Positions 12,401 through 23,900 of a DNA stretch of 64,000 nt are shown one piece after another. The notes beneath the pieces were generated by a model. That model was given only the letters and a program-made list of their open reading frames with translations, was not told the DNA's origin and searched no databases. The stretch comes from Antedon mediterranea (taxonomy: Eukaryota > Animalia > Echinodermata): the NCBI RefSeq assembly GCF_964355755.1, contig NC_092671.1, positions 33,490,304-33,554,303 on the forward strand, read 5' to 3'. The number at the start of each line of letters is the position of its first letter. Within the stretch, counting starts at the first letter, position 1. The position numbers and the translations under genes are program-made.

Positions 12401-15400
12401 GAAACTTTTAAGGTGTATTAAAGTACATTATTTAATTAATTTTTAAATTTAAATCTATATTTTGTTCTACCAGAAACAAGTTAAAAATTGAAATATTGGT
12501 AAATAATCCTTCGTCAAAACGCGTCAACAATAGCGCGCCCGATAGTTGACGCGAACTGTCTATTCGGCAGTGTTTTTATTAAATAAATTTCATAAAACGA
12601 ACAATTCAATATCCAAATGGCATTTTTTGTTTTGCTTTTTTTAAATCATGAAAACACTTTCGGTTGTCCGGGCCAAGATTTTTGCTTTCGCACATAAGTT
12701 GGGGATCCCTCATGAATAGTAACAAAATAAACATGAATATTCATTAAATCTATAAGATATGGCGTAAGAATTGTACTAACTACAATTCTCTATTGCAAAC
12801 GCTTTCTATCGAGCCATATGTGTAGCCACGTGGATTAGACAATGAACTCTACATGTCGATATATGTGGTTCGAATCCGATGGCGAAATTCTTTTTACTTT
12901 ATAGATATATGAGATAGAGATTATTTAGAGGGTTAGCTTTAGTTATATTTAGGAAGTAGTTCCACATTAGGGATCCCCAACTTATATACGAAAAAAAAAT
13001 CGCGTCCGGCCTTAGTATAGATTAATATGACCGGCATATAAAAAGTTATCTAAATCCCAATGTACCTCATGGAAAACATTGTAGTTGCCGGGGAAACCGC
13101 GGATTGTTCATTCTTCTGAAATATTCTTTGAGTATACTTACAAGACTTCTATTGGCTTATATTCATTGCACGTAGATAGATGTGTGGCCGGTATATCATA
13201 TATACTTCCCGATGAACAATCAATGTAGGTTGCGTTATTAGAATGTTTACATACGCAATTGTCTGGACATACACATCCTTCTGAAAAACAATAACAATAA
13301 ATAATGTGGAAACCACCCCCTAGCGAGTTGGCGAAGCGCAAGTTAACTTTGATACACTCAATTCCCAGAAGTTCAAACATTTTATGCGTCGGTAATTCGT
13401 TTTGGTCTACTACCACGCGTTTCGGATCTAACATCAAAACGTTCATAGACAACCACTTCGATGACATCCAAAGAGGATGATCTGAAATAATAAATATCTA
13501 ATTTATTGATATATAGTATTTCGATATTTTGTGTGATTGGTTGTTGAATGGGAACCATTAAAGATGTATTGTCCACTGAAAAAATAATTTGTTGAATATG
13601 CCATTTTAATGTCACATAATAAATATTCACTTCACTTCACAAAATTGGACCGGAAAATAAACTATTTACCTGAAAAAAACTGTAATTTAAAGCGAAAGAT
13701 AGTCAAATTTGCTGTCAGCCAATGTGTTTTTGGTTGAATTTAACCGTTTATTTTGTCATTTATTAAGTGAAAACATTATTTTTTTCGGGGTTTTCTCTAC
13801 GAAAGTGATTAACTTTGTTAAAACTACAAAATGGCCCATTTTCGAAGTCTGATAGAAAAATGAGTGGAGCAGTCCAGCTAAACACAACCAGATATCACCA
13901 GAGCAACAAGTCTTACTACCAAAGAGCAGCTTGCTTGGAATAACTTAACAATATATTAAGAATTTCAAAGCTTTTAGTAATTCTTTCAGAACTTAGTAAA
14001 ATTGAAGTTAAATGTTACATTGCTCGCCGTCGTATTCTATAATCGAATGCGTTTCGATCACAATAATAACGAAATTAAAGCATTAATCCGTGTCTCTTGT
14101 GTATCGTAGGCCTATATTCAGCGGTCAACTATGAGGCGCTACCGATTTTTTTTTTTGTTACAGTCACATACAATTATTTTTGTTAAGTCACTTCAATTAA
14201 TTGCGTGAATTCTTTCATTTTTCAGTTTGATTATCTTAATCATATGTGTCCTAAGTATATTAATAAATGTTTTTGGCCGCTATGAAACATATTAAAACTG
14301 TTATTATGTTTCGTAGCGGCCAAAAACATGCTTAGGACACATACGATTAACATAAAAAATAACACTATAATTAAATAGGTGATGTGTCTTGAATAATATT
14401 GCTTCCTGCTATTTGTATAACAAAATAAAGTAATACAATCAGCATTAAAATTGTATTTTTGTAATTCTTTTTTAAGTGGGTCGCCGCTTACTAGAGGTAA
14501 TTTACCATTTGTTAGTTAAAAAGTGGCGCGAATGCACTAATGGGATAGGGAGAACAAAGGGGCATTTGAATGTATGGCCGTCGTTTAATTACGACAATCC
14601 TTACTTAGTTTAACATGAAAGCTAATACTGTACATAATCCGGGTGTGCATATAACCGTTAACCATTTCCAAAACTTCGTTATAATTGAATGCAAACTATT
14701 TTCTGTACGGTGATTCACCATTTACAAATAAAATAACAATTTCACTTAGTACGGATAGCGCTTCATTATGACGCATGATAGCTGAATTATTAGGCCTAGA
14801 GACGAATGGTTAGCGTTCACAACAACATACACTCTTATTGAAACTAAAAATATTTTCTAACAAATCGGTCAGAAAATAATCAATAATTGGGTTGGGAACA
14901 CAATTCTATTTTGAGAACGGAGAAGGCGGTTTTCGACCTCTTTGATCAAGCACCTTCTCTGTTAACACGATCACATTAAGTTGAAGACAATTTTCCCTCC
15001 CTCCGTCCAATATTTAGACACTTATGGTAATAGGGCTATTTTTCTCAGAGGATCTATATTGTGCTTACTTAGAATTGGAAAATTATTGCTATATAACTTA
15101 CATTTGCTTATGACTTTTATGTGCAGTTTTACATGGGCGAATGTTCATTTTATAATTAAACTATTTAAGCCAGAACTTATGCTGTATGCGTCGTTATTTA
15201 TTATTCTATGAGTTTGTTAATTGCCGCAGTCTCCGAGTAGCAAAAGCGTTTTTAATACATTACACTTTTTCAGTAACTTATGGGTTATTAGTTTACAATA
15301 CGTCGTTACACATGGCGATGGACGCGTTTTGTTGGTCGTTGAACGCGTTGGTTTAATTTCTTTCCTTTGGTAAATTATAGTGTCGAAAAATGGCGAATAA

Positions 15401-15804
15401 ATTTTATACACAAAATTAATGCGATTTCTGTAGGCCCAAGTAATATTTCAGATAACAAGGTCATGTACATGGCTGCAGTCTCGTGCTTAAATTTGAGTTA
15501 GTGTTTACCGACCAACCGACCGTTATATCCTGGCTATTACACATCGTAAATGCCAATTTATACAGACGAGCGGTAATTAAGCGGTGAAGGTAAGTGAAAA
15601 ACGCAAAAATGGAATCTATGTTATTTCTTATGACCATTTACACAGAAAGAAACAACCAAACTTCATACCTGTCTGCCCATCAATAATGCTGCTTTGATCG
15701 GGAGTTACAGTTGAGACTTCATAATAACTTACGAAGCTAAACATTGAATCACAGCTAGAAAACGGAATTACATTCAATATTACGAAGCATTTAAAGAGGA
15801 ACAT
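471..15804 (-). CDS. Leucine-rich repeat secreted/membrane protein, 5' five coding exons (gene continues beyond window start)
   Basis: Exons: 15669-15804 ([19 protein letters not shown]..., signal-peptide-like, phase 1 donor GTATG); 13142-13280 ([23 protein letters not shown]..., LRRNT cap); 10983-11051 ([23 protein letters not shown], 69 nt); 2039-2110 ([24 protein letters not shown], 72 nt); 471-542 ([24 protein letters not shown], 72 nt). All introns are GT..AG with consistent phases, and 72-nt phase-2 exons are the classic one-LRR-per-exon layout. Confidence 0.85.
795..1025 (-). mobile_element. Degenerate copy of the TIR/tRNA-like repeat also found at 12.7-13.0 kb
   Basis: ttttttcgtacataagttgg end motif and reverse-strand tRNA-like segment (gtggattagacaat...gtttgaatcc) match 12680-13000 in the opposite orientation. 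Confidence 0.5.
3165..3861 (+). repeat. Left terminal inverted repeat of Academ
   Basis: Reverse complement of 9507-10213; identical wherever compared by eye, except a subterminal patch (3182-3189 vs 10179-10196). Confidence 0.92.
4625..5311 (+). CDS. Academ protein N-terminal Cys/His-rich region (out of frame with the main ORF)
   Basis: CVFC...[19 protein letters not shown] and [18 protein letters not shown] motifs resemble Academ N-termini as I recall them; overlaps the main ORF in another frame. Confidence 0.7.
   Translation: MDPSTFNEDVCVFCKSPIHRDYENTVKLTQVGVDTINRANKERKTSFNVHMQQVVHAKCRRDHCNKKSIEIAKKRKATENCPPPSLRSKRPAFDFPSQCLFCCTNVLQKNNCLCLDVCNVVTFEYQESVLNACKKRSDEWGNNVRGRIECVHDLPAAKAKYHKTCDTNFRTSRKMPLKFDSGNRERADFRGRYYTRTSVEVYCNQFNRRRRGISNIVRSPIKNDKDGN
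5160..8900 (+). CDS. AcademX transposase with XPG/FEN1-like nuclease and C-terminal Cys8 (CXC-like) zinc finger
   Basis: 1246-aa open frame. Transposase motifs [25 protein letters not shown]; FEN1/XPG-type acidic motifs FDGGS, VFDGY, DADLLI, EDTDIL, GCDTTS; C-terminal [28 protein letters not shown]. The TTG start in the track is probably not the true start. Confidence 0.88.
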   Translation: MIVVIERERISVADTTREQALRSIVTNLIEEEEELVTLYDLQSRMTKMGIEPYSISYMKKMVQEEFADCLMISNIKCKNVITVIQSVSRILDKFYKEKINDEDKKESILLTAAALIKCDIKSIVENHKVYPEIVGIGDVNKNLQYLPESLRMFLNETFGKNKMENNLKVSAIGQCIMQQVRPRGIIAPMQFALAMHVHWKYGSSDLVDDLSCRGFCMSYDEVKMFKACASYQNKDQLECIGDRFCHFIADNVDHNLLTINGKESYHGMGIMASITPPLPFNRCVVRNSQFMKVKPKSVDIVKYRRLGKIGEQLIYKTLQTIDTDDERKNLDILWKVAYPIKVNRPGWSGYMELATTPRENPGKASFHFLPMVDLDPTNMSCVYTTLTYVNDLCTKNKITPVVTFDQPLWLKARHIISKEDCLGNIFLILGPFHTAMSFLGSIGNCMKGSGLRALLEIAYGVNTVSHMLAGKAYERAIRGHLLVDAALNACVLKKAEEDESTHIAVHKVLQLYDEVIECSESVLDVNDPDLMIVIDNIKNIKQKIQKMPTGKLWIQYMEMVDIIRSAIRASRTSQPMIYFKALQDMIPFFAASGHNNYAKSSHLFLQDIAELKHSNHQLYNRLVENGNFFIRRSDKYWAGLASDLIIEQVLMKSIKSAGGLTHGRGMDESQRTRWLQSMPIFAQISLEINNSQRTSTNKDLGMSRRKQDTEDTNKIHEYLQDYSPFDENEYLYNIVTGITAPQSNAHHAKDIGNVILKKMVGNASSTFVFRKKDQIKTMGQKIVADGIEIEVDPQALFQRLLVIANNTNINIEELMCHELSVYPPSLFTSSGIPRNADKPQLLDAISKYQSSAKDVIADDAECTVFDGGSLIRRIQWEKGETYGEIALKYVNKVKKYPYSIVVFDGYENEVSTKESTHKKRSKGITISPDVQVKPHHHFKLEKQSFLANKKNKQAFINLLSETLNNSNILSKHAKGDADLLIVKEAVKMAMTHVTHVIAEDTDILVLLCCHMKANSKAIHMISEKHNNKHPNWNISELSATLGKDMCRCLPFLHALCGCDTTSSLYSIGKGVVLKKKSICDYAVPFISKSSTHAEIQEAGEKAIIFMYASDKYSQSLDELRIRKFKSKVVKSLKGIDVKKLPPTSNAAKYHSYRVYYQTQIWLDNNHLNPTDWGWKIVKGQLLPKMMDQKPAPETLMSIIRCRCKGFCDTQRCSCKKNGLFCTDFCEECQDGNCINVEIFYEDESRM
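8912..9510 (+). repeat. Tandem array of about 8 units of 76-81 bp (alternating 77/81, 158-bp higher-order repeat)
   Basis: The a(t/c)tgatggca anchor recurs at 8941, 9019, 9095, 9176, 9253, 9334, 9411 and 9492. Confidence 0.9.
9507..10213 (-). repeat. Right terminal inverted repeat of Academ
   Basis: Reverse complement of 3165-3861. Confidence 0.92.
11301..11536 (-). mobile_element. tRNA-derived SINE
   Basis: Minus-strand head with A-box-like TGGCTTGGTG and B-box-like GGTTGAAGTCCC; A-rich tail; second copy at about 41285-41475. Confidence 0.7.
12680..13000 (+). mobile_element. Small TIR element enclosing a tRNA-like segment
   Basis: Inverted ends tttcgcacataagttggggatccct / agggatccccaacttatatacgaaa; internal TAGCCACGTGG ... 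GGTTCGAATCC. Confidence 0.55.
13306..13481 (-). pseudogene. GATM: Glycine amidinotransferase (AGAT) last-exon fragment
   Basis: [58 protein letters not shown] closely matches the GATM C-terminus ([18 protein letters not shown]...[13 protein letters not shown]). Preceded by a tttcag acceptor; ends just before the catalytic Cys. Confidence 0.85.
14236..14350. repeat. Long imperfect hairpin (MITE-like)
   Basis: atgtgtcctaag...atgtttttggccgctatgaaacata pairs with tatgtttcgtagcggccaaaaacat...cttaggacacat. Confidence 0.7.
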
Positions 15805-18407
15805 CTTTGTACTCAATTCGCACTTGTCAACTCAACACTGAACTTGTTCGTAGTAGTCGAAGACACAAACAATTCCGTCTGAGTAGTCGAGTTACAAAAA
15901 TTCTTATTGTCGATACTGATTCGAATTCTCTGATTCAGTTCAATTTATGTATATGAAATGCTTGATATTCATTGGTTTTCCTTCACTACATTATTGCTGA
16001 TTAAAAAATTAATGTAAAATCACATCACCAGGTGAACGTTTTAAATATATAATAATTTAAATACAGTAATCGTGATCAATGTTAGTGCAAAGTGTTGGAT
16101 AAACAATCTAAACTTCTATAATTTTACAGAATTTTTTTTTAAATTCAAAATGTCACTCAGAGGCGAGGCTTCTCACAAAGGCACGACCTTTGTACCAAGG
16201 AGCCTCCGCAACATATTACAAATACTGAACTTCACAACAGACGATAATTTATCCTACAGTATATGTCCTACCTACTTGGTAAAAGCGTTTTGTTTGTGAC
16301 AAAAACACACATAAATAAAAATACCAGAAAGTCAACAAAATAGTAAGAAATTATATTACGAAAAATACAAACTCCCACTACTTTACCATTATAAACATGT
16401 AAGCACCTAGCAATTAAGTGTATACAAGGTAAGTCAAAACATTCGAAACATATTTCCAGAACTTGATAATGAAACAAAAAATGCTTTGGTGCTATGATGG
16501 GGATCAGTCAGTGAATGGCCAGAGTCTTAGAAAGTGTGAAATAAAATGGAAGTGAAGTTAACCTACTTGTGAATTTTCGAAATTAAAGGTGAGAGATGGG
16601 CTGAGCTGGGCTTTTCAACTTGGATCTAACTATGTCCTATGAACTCCTATTCTCTGATTTTGATGAATAGTAGTTTATTGCACAAAAATGAATACTGTAG
16701 CTCTTTAAATGCAACTGTGTTGTGCCACATGATTGAAGTTCAGGTTAGCATTAATTTTTAACATTATAACATGTTAACAGTCATATTATTAATTGTATTA
16801 TTATTTACAGCATTATAACATATTTCAAATAATGCGCAATATAAGAGAAAAACATCATACCATAACTCTTATCAAATAATGGGATTACATTTATTATATT
16901 ATTATATATATAATTTCATTTGGTGAAAGATGAAAGATCATATTTTTATCTTTCACATCTTGAAATTGTTTTATACCATTGCACTCATAAACATTCATCA
17001 TGCTTATGTTTTCAAGCAGTTAGAGAATATCATTATTTTTAGAACATAAAAATATGTTTTTTTTCTTTCTTTTTTGGTTTATCCCACTTTTATTTCCATT
17101 ATATAAACTTACATATAAATATAATAATTAATACATACTTTGTATTTTATCATATTATGATGGCATACATGATTTTGTTGTAATCGTTTAAACAAATATT
17201 TAATGTTAAAACGAAAAGCACATTGTTAAACAAATAAAACAAATAAACAAGCATCCCCTGATAAAAATTGAACAATATAAACAATATCAAAAGCATACTT
17301 AATAAATAACGTGTCTTCAACTTAAGATACCGGTATGCATACATTTCTTATTTTTAATGTGTTTTTACTGTGTAAAAAATGATTTTTTTTTCAACTTACA
17401 CCATGTTTATATGGTTTGTATGACTACTAGCAAAGTAAATATGGAAAGTGTATAACAATTCAGAAATAATTGCAACGGTTTACCTCGCTACTTGACACGA
17501 AGTGAATAGACCAATCCCAATCATATCACCAGCAGTTTGTTACCGCACTGTTTTTACAAGAATTAATTATTCTACAACAATTTTGATTTAATAACTGTTG
17601 ACGTAGGCCTACACGGTATTGTATATAAGTTGCAGTGTGATTGATATGATTGTTCCCAACAATTTCAAAGTCATTAAAAGAAAGAACAATTTGAGTAACC
17701 ATGATGTGGTGAAATTCAGAGGGGAATTCAAGGGGAAGGGAGGGCCAGTCAGCCCGAGCCTGTCCATGTCAACTCTACTAAACACATGATAAAACTCACC
17801 TAAAATAATCACATTCGATTGTGTTGTCAAGTTTGTAAAAGTGTATTGAATTATCAGATAGGCCTATCTTCTTCAATTAATTATTTATTTGTTTATAAAC
17901 CGTTGAGAAGATAATTGATTGTAAAGAGTCCTACATCTGTTAAAGTCTTAATTTTGCCATTAGTCTGTATACATTATGAATATATACATGTATTTCATAG
18001 TAATATGTATGTTTCAAAGAAGTGATAATTATTTAATCTTCTTATTTGCTTTATAGTTATGTTTAAGCAAAAGTAGTATCTGTTTGTTATTTTCATTACG
18101 TTTAAGTTAAACACATAAATAGTTATTATTTATACTTTTGGAGTTGATGATTCGTTCAATACTAACAATCACTCCTTTGAGAACCTGCTGGTGGACAAAT
18201 TGTTGATAAATAAGTAATTATAACTCCAAAATTCTTTTGTTGAATTCTCCCCTTAATATCTCATTGTCCTGAACCCTTATTGTATACTTCAAAGGCAGAG
18301 ATAAGCGTAAAGGCCGTGTTTCAGATAATTGGAAAAAAAAGTGCGCATGATCAGTCATTACCGAACAACAAAGTGTCCAATCACAACGCAACAATTTCTT
18401 CTTTAGG

Positions 18408-18525
18408 TAAACAAGGCCATATACATGGCCGCAGTCGCGTGCTCAAGTTAGTGTTTACCGACCGACCAACCAACCGACCAAACGACCAACCGACTGAAAT
18501 AGTGAGCTGTAGAGTCGCGAAAATT
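18408..18525 (+). repeat. Short interspersed repeat with (GACC/AACC)n tract, possibly a Helentron/DINE-like remnant
   Basis: aacaaggccatatacatggccgcagtcgcgtgct...gttagtgtttaccgacc; a related copy lies at about 15454-15523. Confidence 0.45.
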
Positions 18526-20945
18526 ACCGAATTTATCCGAAAATTATCTGATTTGAATAAGACAATTTTTTTGGAGCGAAATCGGTTAAACTCCGTTTCC
18601 ACATACATTTTATCAGTTATTTATCGGTTAACCTTTTGAAGACGTGGCCCGTATCTCATACGGGGTAATTTACTGTCCCAGGACGCGAGGTCCGTATATG
18701 AACGGTTTGACTTTTTGGGGTCACTGAATTGAACTTTTTGAGCCTTTGACCTTTGTCCTAGGTAAAAAATGCACTTTTTCGGAAGGCCAAAACATTTCAC
18801 AACAATAATGTGATTCTAATATTTTAAGAGGCCCACTAAAAATACCGGCATTCAGTGAACAGCGTGTTACAATGCGGCATTATGGTAGCTACTCTTCTAC
18901 ATTACTTTGTTCTCACAACACTTTTCTGGATACTTGTCGAAGCCGTAAACATATGTTACGAAGAAACACGTTATTTCATGCTGAAGTTAGTTATAGTTGG
19001 TTGGGGTCGGTAAGTTTAATCTTCAATAAATCTACTTAAAAGGAAATGATTCATATTGTAAACCTAGTTAAATAAAATTAATCTGTTGGAAAAACAATTT
19101 AGGCCAAAATTGGTAAGGCTTTTTTACATTTGACAAGTATATGATAATTTAAGTATAAATTTTATTTTCACAATCACATAATCTTTAAGCAAATGAATGC
19201 ATCGATAATTGTCGCATGTTGAATTGGTAATTGTAGTTTATGGTTGAATAACTTATACATTAATTGTTAAAGCAACGTGAACAATATATTGGTCTTTTAT
19301 TTTAAGGATGTTAAATCTTTTAAATAGAGGTTCGGATGGAGTACCGAAAGGAGATTTTTCTGCACTTTTTTTGAAATGTTAGTATTTTATTTTATTGTTT
19401 ACTGTTCTGATGATGAGATCCATGACGTACAACGTTAATAGCAAGGTTACAATACAAACCTCAGAGAAAAAATGAGGTGTTCAGAACCATAGCATACAGT
19501 TATCGGTACAACTTAAGTGCGCCATTCAAGGTTGTTTCTAGTTGCATATTCATGTGCTCTTACTCACCATTATATGCTGTAGAAAATAAGCCTAGATCTA
19601 AGCCATAAAAAATTAGGACAACATTACCTTGGACAAATGTTGCTGTAAATAAAACATACTTCATAATTTTTTTTTATAATATAGTATACAAGTTTATGTT
19701 GTTTTTATTTTATAGTAGCCTAAAAACACATTTCATCAGGCTCTTGTGATGTTACGAAAATAAGCAGGCCCCATGACGGAGATGTCAGAATGCACGATCC
19801 TATTTTATATACAGTAGTCTACTGTGTATAGGAAATTGTGTTAACCACATGGAGGAAAAAATTATTGGTTACATTACATTTGTGGAATCACTTGACAATT
19901 TTTAATCCGACATGGAAAGCTTAAGTTAGACCTTGTTGTAAAAATACAATGCAATCAGTTACGTACGTCAGGAACCAATTTTTAAAAATGTTGAGGAGTT
20001 GAATCTTAAGTTACACTTTATTTTCATGATTCTTCCTTATTTATAAAAATAAACCGCCTAAGATAATAAAATAATTTGATCATAACTTGACTTGAAGAAT
20101 GTAGAAATGACTAGGTTAATGATCTTGTTATCCGTACCTATCTTATAAAGATGAGAGATCCAAGATTTTGTCATCTGAACATCATTCTCTAAAGGTAGAC
20201 ATGACGTCATTCGTCTCTTCTAAATCCTGTAGATATGATGATTAATAATTTAACTCATTCTCTTCTAAAGCCTGGTTCTAACTAGAACGCAATGCAAGAC
20301 ACAAGTCGTAACGCAAGCGACTTTTCCAATCAAAAGCGTTGGCGTATTACGTTCTTGCGTGGCGTCCTAGTAGGAAACACATCGATGCGTCTGCATTGAT
20401 AGTAGTACATGTAATTTAAAAAAAAATCTCTACAGACATCACCTAGAATTTTGTTTCAGTAATTGAAAAATAATATAATAATAATACGTTAATATCACGG
20501 CCAGCATGTTACATTGTGTGGGTTTCAATACAAAACACAAATAGACGATTACAATTACGTATCAACCATAGGTTTATTTAATACAGTACCAATAAAGGCT
20601 AAGCAAGCAAATTAATAAGCAAAAAATGAATACAAGAACACATTTAGTAGATCTAGATCTAGACATGTCACGTGTGTACATCACATCATTCACGCGTTCG
20701 ATTTTCAACGACGTATCCAAACCCAACTAAAAAAAGAAAAGAAATAATTTCACAAATTTTTATTGTAAATAAGGTTATGTGTAATAATGTTATGCAGGTG
20801 TGTGACCTGCACTGTAATAAGGTCAAATGTCAGATAACAGTGAACTACAATTGACGTTGGTGCGTTATGGTGCGGTATCGTTATCTGTCTTAAAACGATG
20901 CAAAAGGAATCATATAAAATTTGTTTGGGTACAATATACTCACTT

Positions 20946-23900
20946 TTATCCCCATCTTTGTTTTCTGCCTTTGCCTGAAATTAGTTTCATAGAAATAACA
21001 TTATACTCTGTGTTATAAGATGCGGTCAGATAAGATTTTCTACCACCGTACAAGGTGATAATGATAATTATACAATAAAATAATTATAATTGGTATCGAT
21101 GATAGTCAACTTTTTCCGTACTTGAAATTCTGAAATTTGCTTCATCTGATAATTACTTATAAATGGTAAACTTCCACAGACAACTGCTAATAATTTCTTG
21201 TAGGCCTACTTTAATTTTTATTATTCAAAACAAGGCCACAGACTAGTGAAAACATATGCACCATATGCATAATGATTTTGAAATTAGTGAGATAAGGACT
21301 ATGTAACAGTTTGCTGAACTCATTGAGGCCTAAAATATAACTATTTGGATTTCAAAATTGTGTTTGATCTTTGCAGTTGCAGAAACTCACGTGTACTTCG
21401 AATGATTCGGTCGCCGGCTAATAGATAGAAACAAAATATGTGTATGTCAACGATTCTCTGTTTTTTCCCCATTCATTTTTATGGTTAAAGCCTTGTTCGC
21501 ACTGGACTGGAAAATGGTAAATTTATCACGATAGCTTTACCGAATGTAATCGGAAGATTTGACCATCGTTCGCACTTGGATATTTTGCATGATAACCATG
21601 AGGGATTTTTTGATTGGTCAGTTTAGCCGCCGGCGCGGTTAATTTGACCAAATTAGGTCCAGTGCGATCGAGGCTTTAAACTTCAGTTTATCTAACTGAC
21701 GCCTTATACACTGTTTATGATTTCATTACATGTTATAAAAACGTAACGCCTTGCAGCACCCACACCTCCTCCTCTCCCACACGACGACATTTTTTCAATT
21801 ACGGTACCGCATATATAAATTAGCATTTCGCATATTCAAAAAGTATATATGTTATGTAACCTTCTTACACTGTACTAAACTAAGCACATTATTTTGATTT
21901 CATAAATTCTAAAAGTTGCAGTTACTCACGTTGCTCCTGATGGATTTGATCAACACCTATAGAATAACAATTAAACAAAATTACATCGATATATAAACAA
22001 AAATCAACCGGTAATGTACTAAATATATAGGCCTATTAATTTAAAAGGATAAATATAATTAAATCTGTGAGAAAAAACAAAAACTGATTTTTCTTTACAA
22101 CCGATACTCACTTATATCTCGGCGGATTCTGTTATAAGCTGAAATGCATCCTGCATCAAAATAGAAATATGTAATTATATGTATTAATAACCAATTCATT
22201 ATTTATTATTATGACTTGATAACAATTAGCAGTATGCAATAAAACTTACAATGTAATAATAATAGGTCATCGATAAAGCGGTATGAGAAAATAAGTATCA
22301 TAACATTTAATTCTCCGAGCGGAGAAGGTATCATTGTTTGTGGAGGGAGACTATTACGACGAGCTAGATGAGTAAGGCCTCTCATTTTTACTAAACCCTG
22401 TTTTCCAGTCGACGTTGAGTTACGTTGAGTAGCGTTGACTTTTCAAATCATTCAAGTTGAAAATAATAAATATATCGATGATCTAGCCTGATCGCTAATA
22501 TTTACATACTTTTATGCGATCGTTCATGGTTTCTTGGTTTTTTCGAGCGTTCCTTGGACAGGGCTGCATAAGTGTTGCAAAATCAAGGCCGGTCACGCGC
22601 ATCAGAGCCCTCGTGAAAATTGAAGTGACGCGTTTTGATGATCTTCAACCCAGCCTAATGCAGGACATTTTTTTCACTGATATCTTATTCTATGCTTACA
22701 CTAAGAAAACATTAAATACAATTGTTTTTGTGTTATAATTTAAATCAACTTACACCTGTTATTTTGAAATATCAGACCTTAAAAGTGTACAAAAAAGGTT
22801 AAAACCATGTTGCGTTTTAAAGATTCAAGTATGGTCAGCGCGTACGTATTTTTCCACATACCATGACGACGTAATTTGTGAACCATTTGATTGGCAGCCA
22901 ATTTTAACATGTTTTGCTTTAAATTAAATTTTTTTCAGGAAAATAAACGTTTTCAATCCAATTTTGGTTAAAGTTGATAACCATATTACAGTATCGATGT
23001 ATACATACATACAAAGCGCAGATCCGCTTTTAATAGTGGGGGGAGCGTATACAAATAAAATACTTTGCGAGTGAAGCGAGTAACATTAGGCTTGGTGGTG
23101 GCCTCCGGTTCGGATTCAGTGGGAAAAACGCCCTGGAATCCCGGTTCTGTATGTATGTATAGGTCGTTTCAGTCGATCCCCTCCCTCAGGATCTCCGCCG
23201 GTGCATACGTACATCGAATTAAGGCTACATCGCCAGAATTGTAATGTTATGTACAATTAACAAATTTAACAATATGCGTCATTGCTGTAACGTAAAGTTA
23301 TAATAAAATATATATATTTTATACTTACTTGCACCTTCCAAGCCATGTCGACAATCATCATCTTCAGAGTCAAACAAAGTAGAAAGAGTTAGATAGTAAT
23401 TAAGGTAAATAGTGTGTACACATGAATACAAAGGATATTTAAAAAGAAAGTGAAACAAATTGTATACTTAAAACCGATTTTTCACTAAACGAATTTGTTC
23501 GCGCGAATCCAACGTATCGCAAAAAAAAAAATCGTGTTTTCCACTGCAAGAGAGGGGATTTTCATATTTATCGCGTATCTTCTGAGCTAAAGCGAAAAGC
23601 TCGATGAACTAGAATTCGTCACACAGAAGGATTTGGAAAATGGAAAAATAAATACGTATACGTATAAACGTATAGGCCTAAGCTGACGCGTTCGATTAGC
23701 GCGAACACATTTGCCTAGAGTGAAAATCGGCTTTTAATACTTACTCTGACATTGCCCAAATTCAGGCTGCAATAAGAACACGACCAAAAATACTACGACC
23801 AACGTTTGTAATCTCCTGAAAATTGTCCTCAGAATATTAGTTTGAAAACAAAACATAGGATTAATAAGGTCATTGAATATTTAAACACCTACTCCGCTTC

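Noticed and set aside
12820-12890. tRNA gene (also 890-960 and 11460-11536)
   Set aside because: Only A/B-box-like motifs are present, with no convincing cloverleaf, and all are embedded in repeats.
13138-13467. Intact GATM gene
   Set aside because: Only one truncated exon lacking the catalytic Cys; no other GATM exons are recognisable in the window.
16000-19400. Possible further gene between the LRR gene and the micro-exon array
   Set aside because: Only isolated splice-like motifs and low-complexity ORFs; no consistent exon chain could be built.
20946-20974. Identification of the peptide as luqin (RWamide)
   Set aside because: Luqin precursors place the RWamide directly after the signal peptide with a C-terminal Cys pair. 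Here the order is reversed and the Trp is not conserved in B or C.
22754-22777. Additional 24-nt micro-exon in copy A
   Set aside because: It has AG/GT ends but lies in an A-specific insertion and would create TGA when joined to the 39-nt exon 4.
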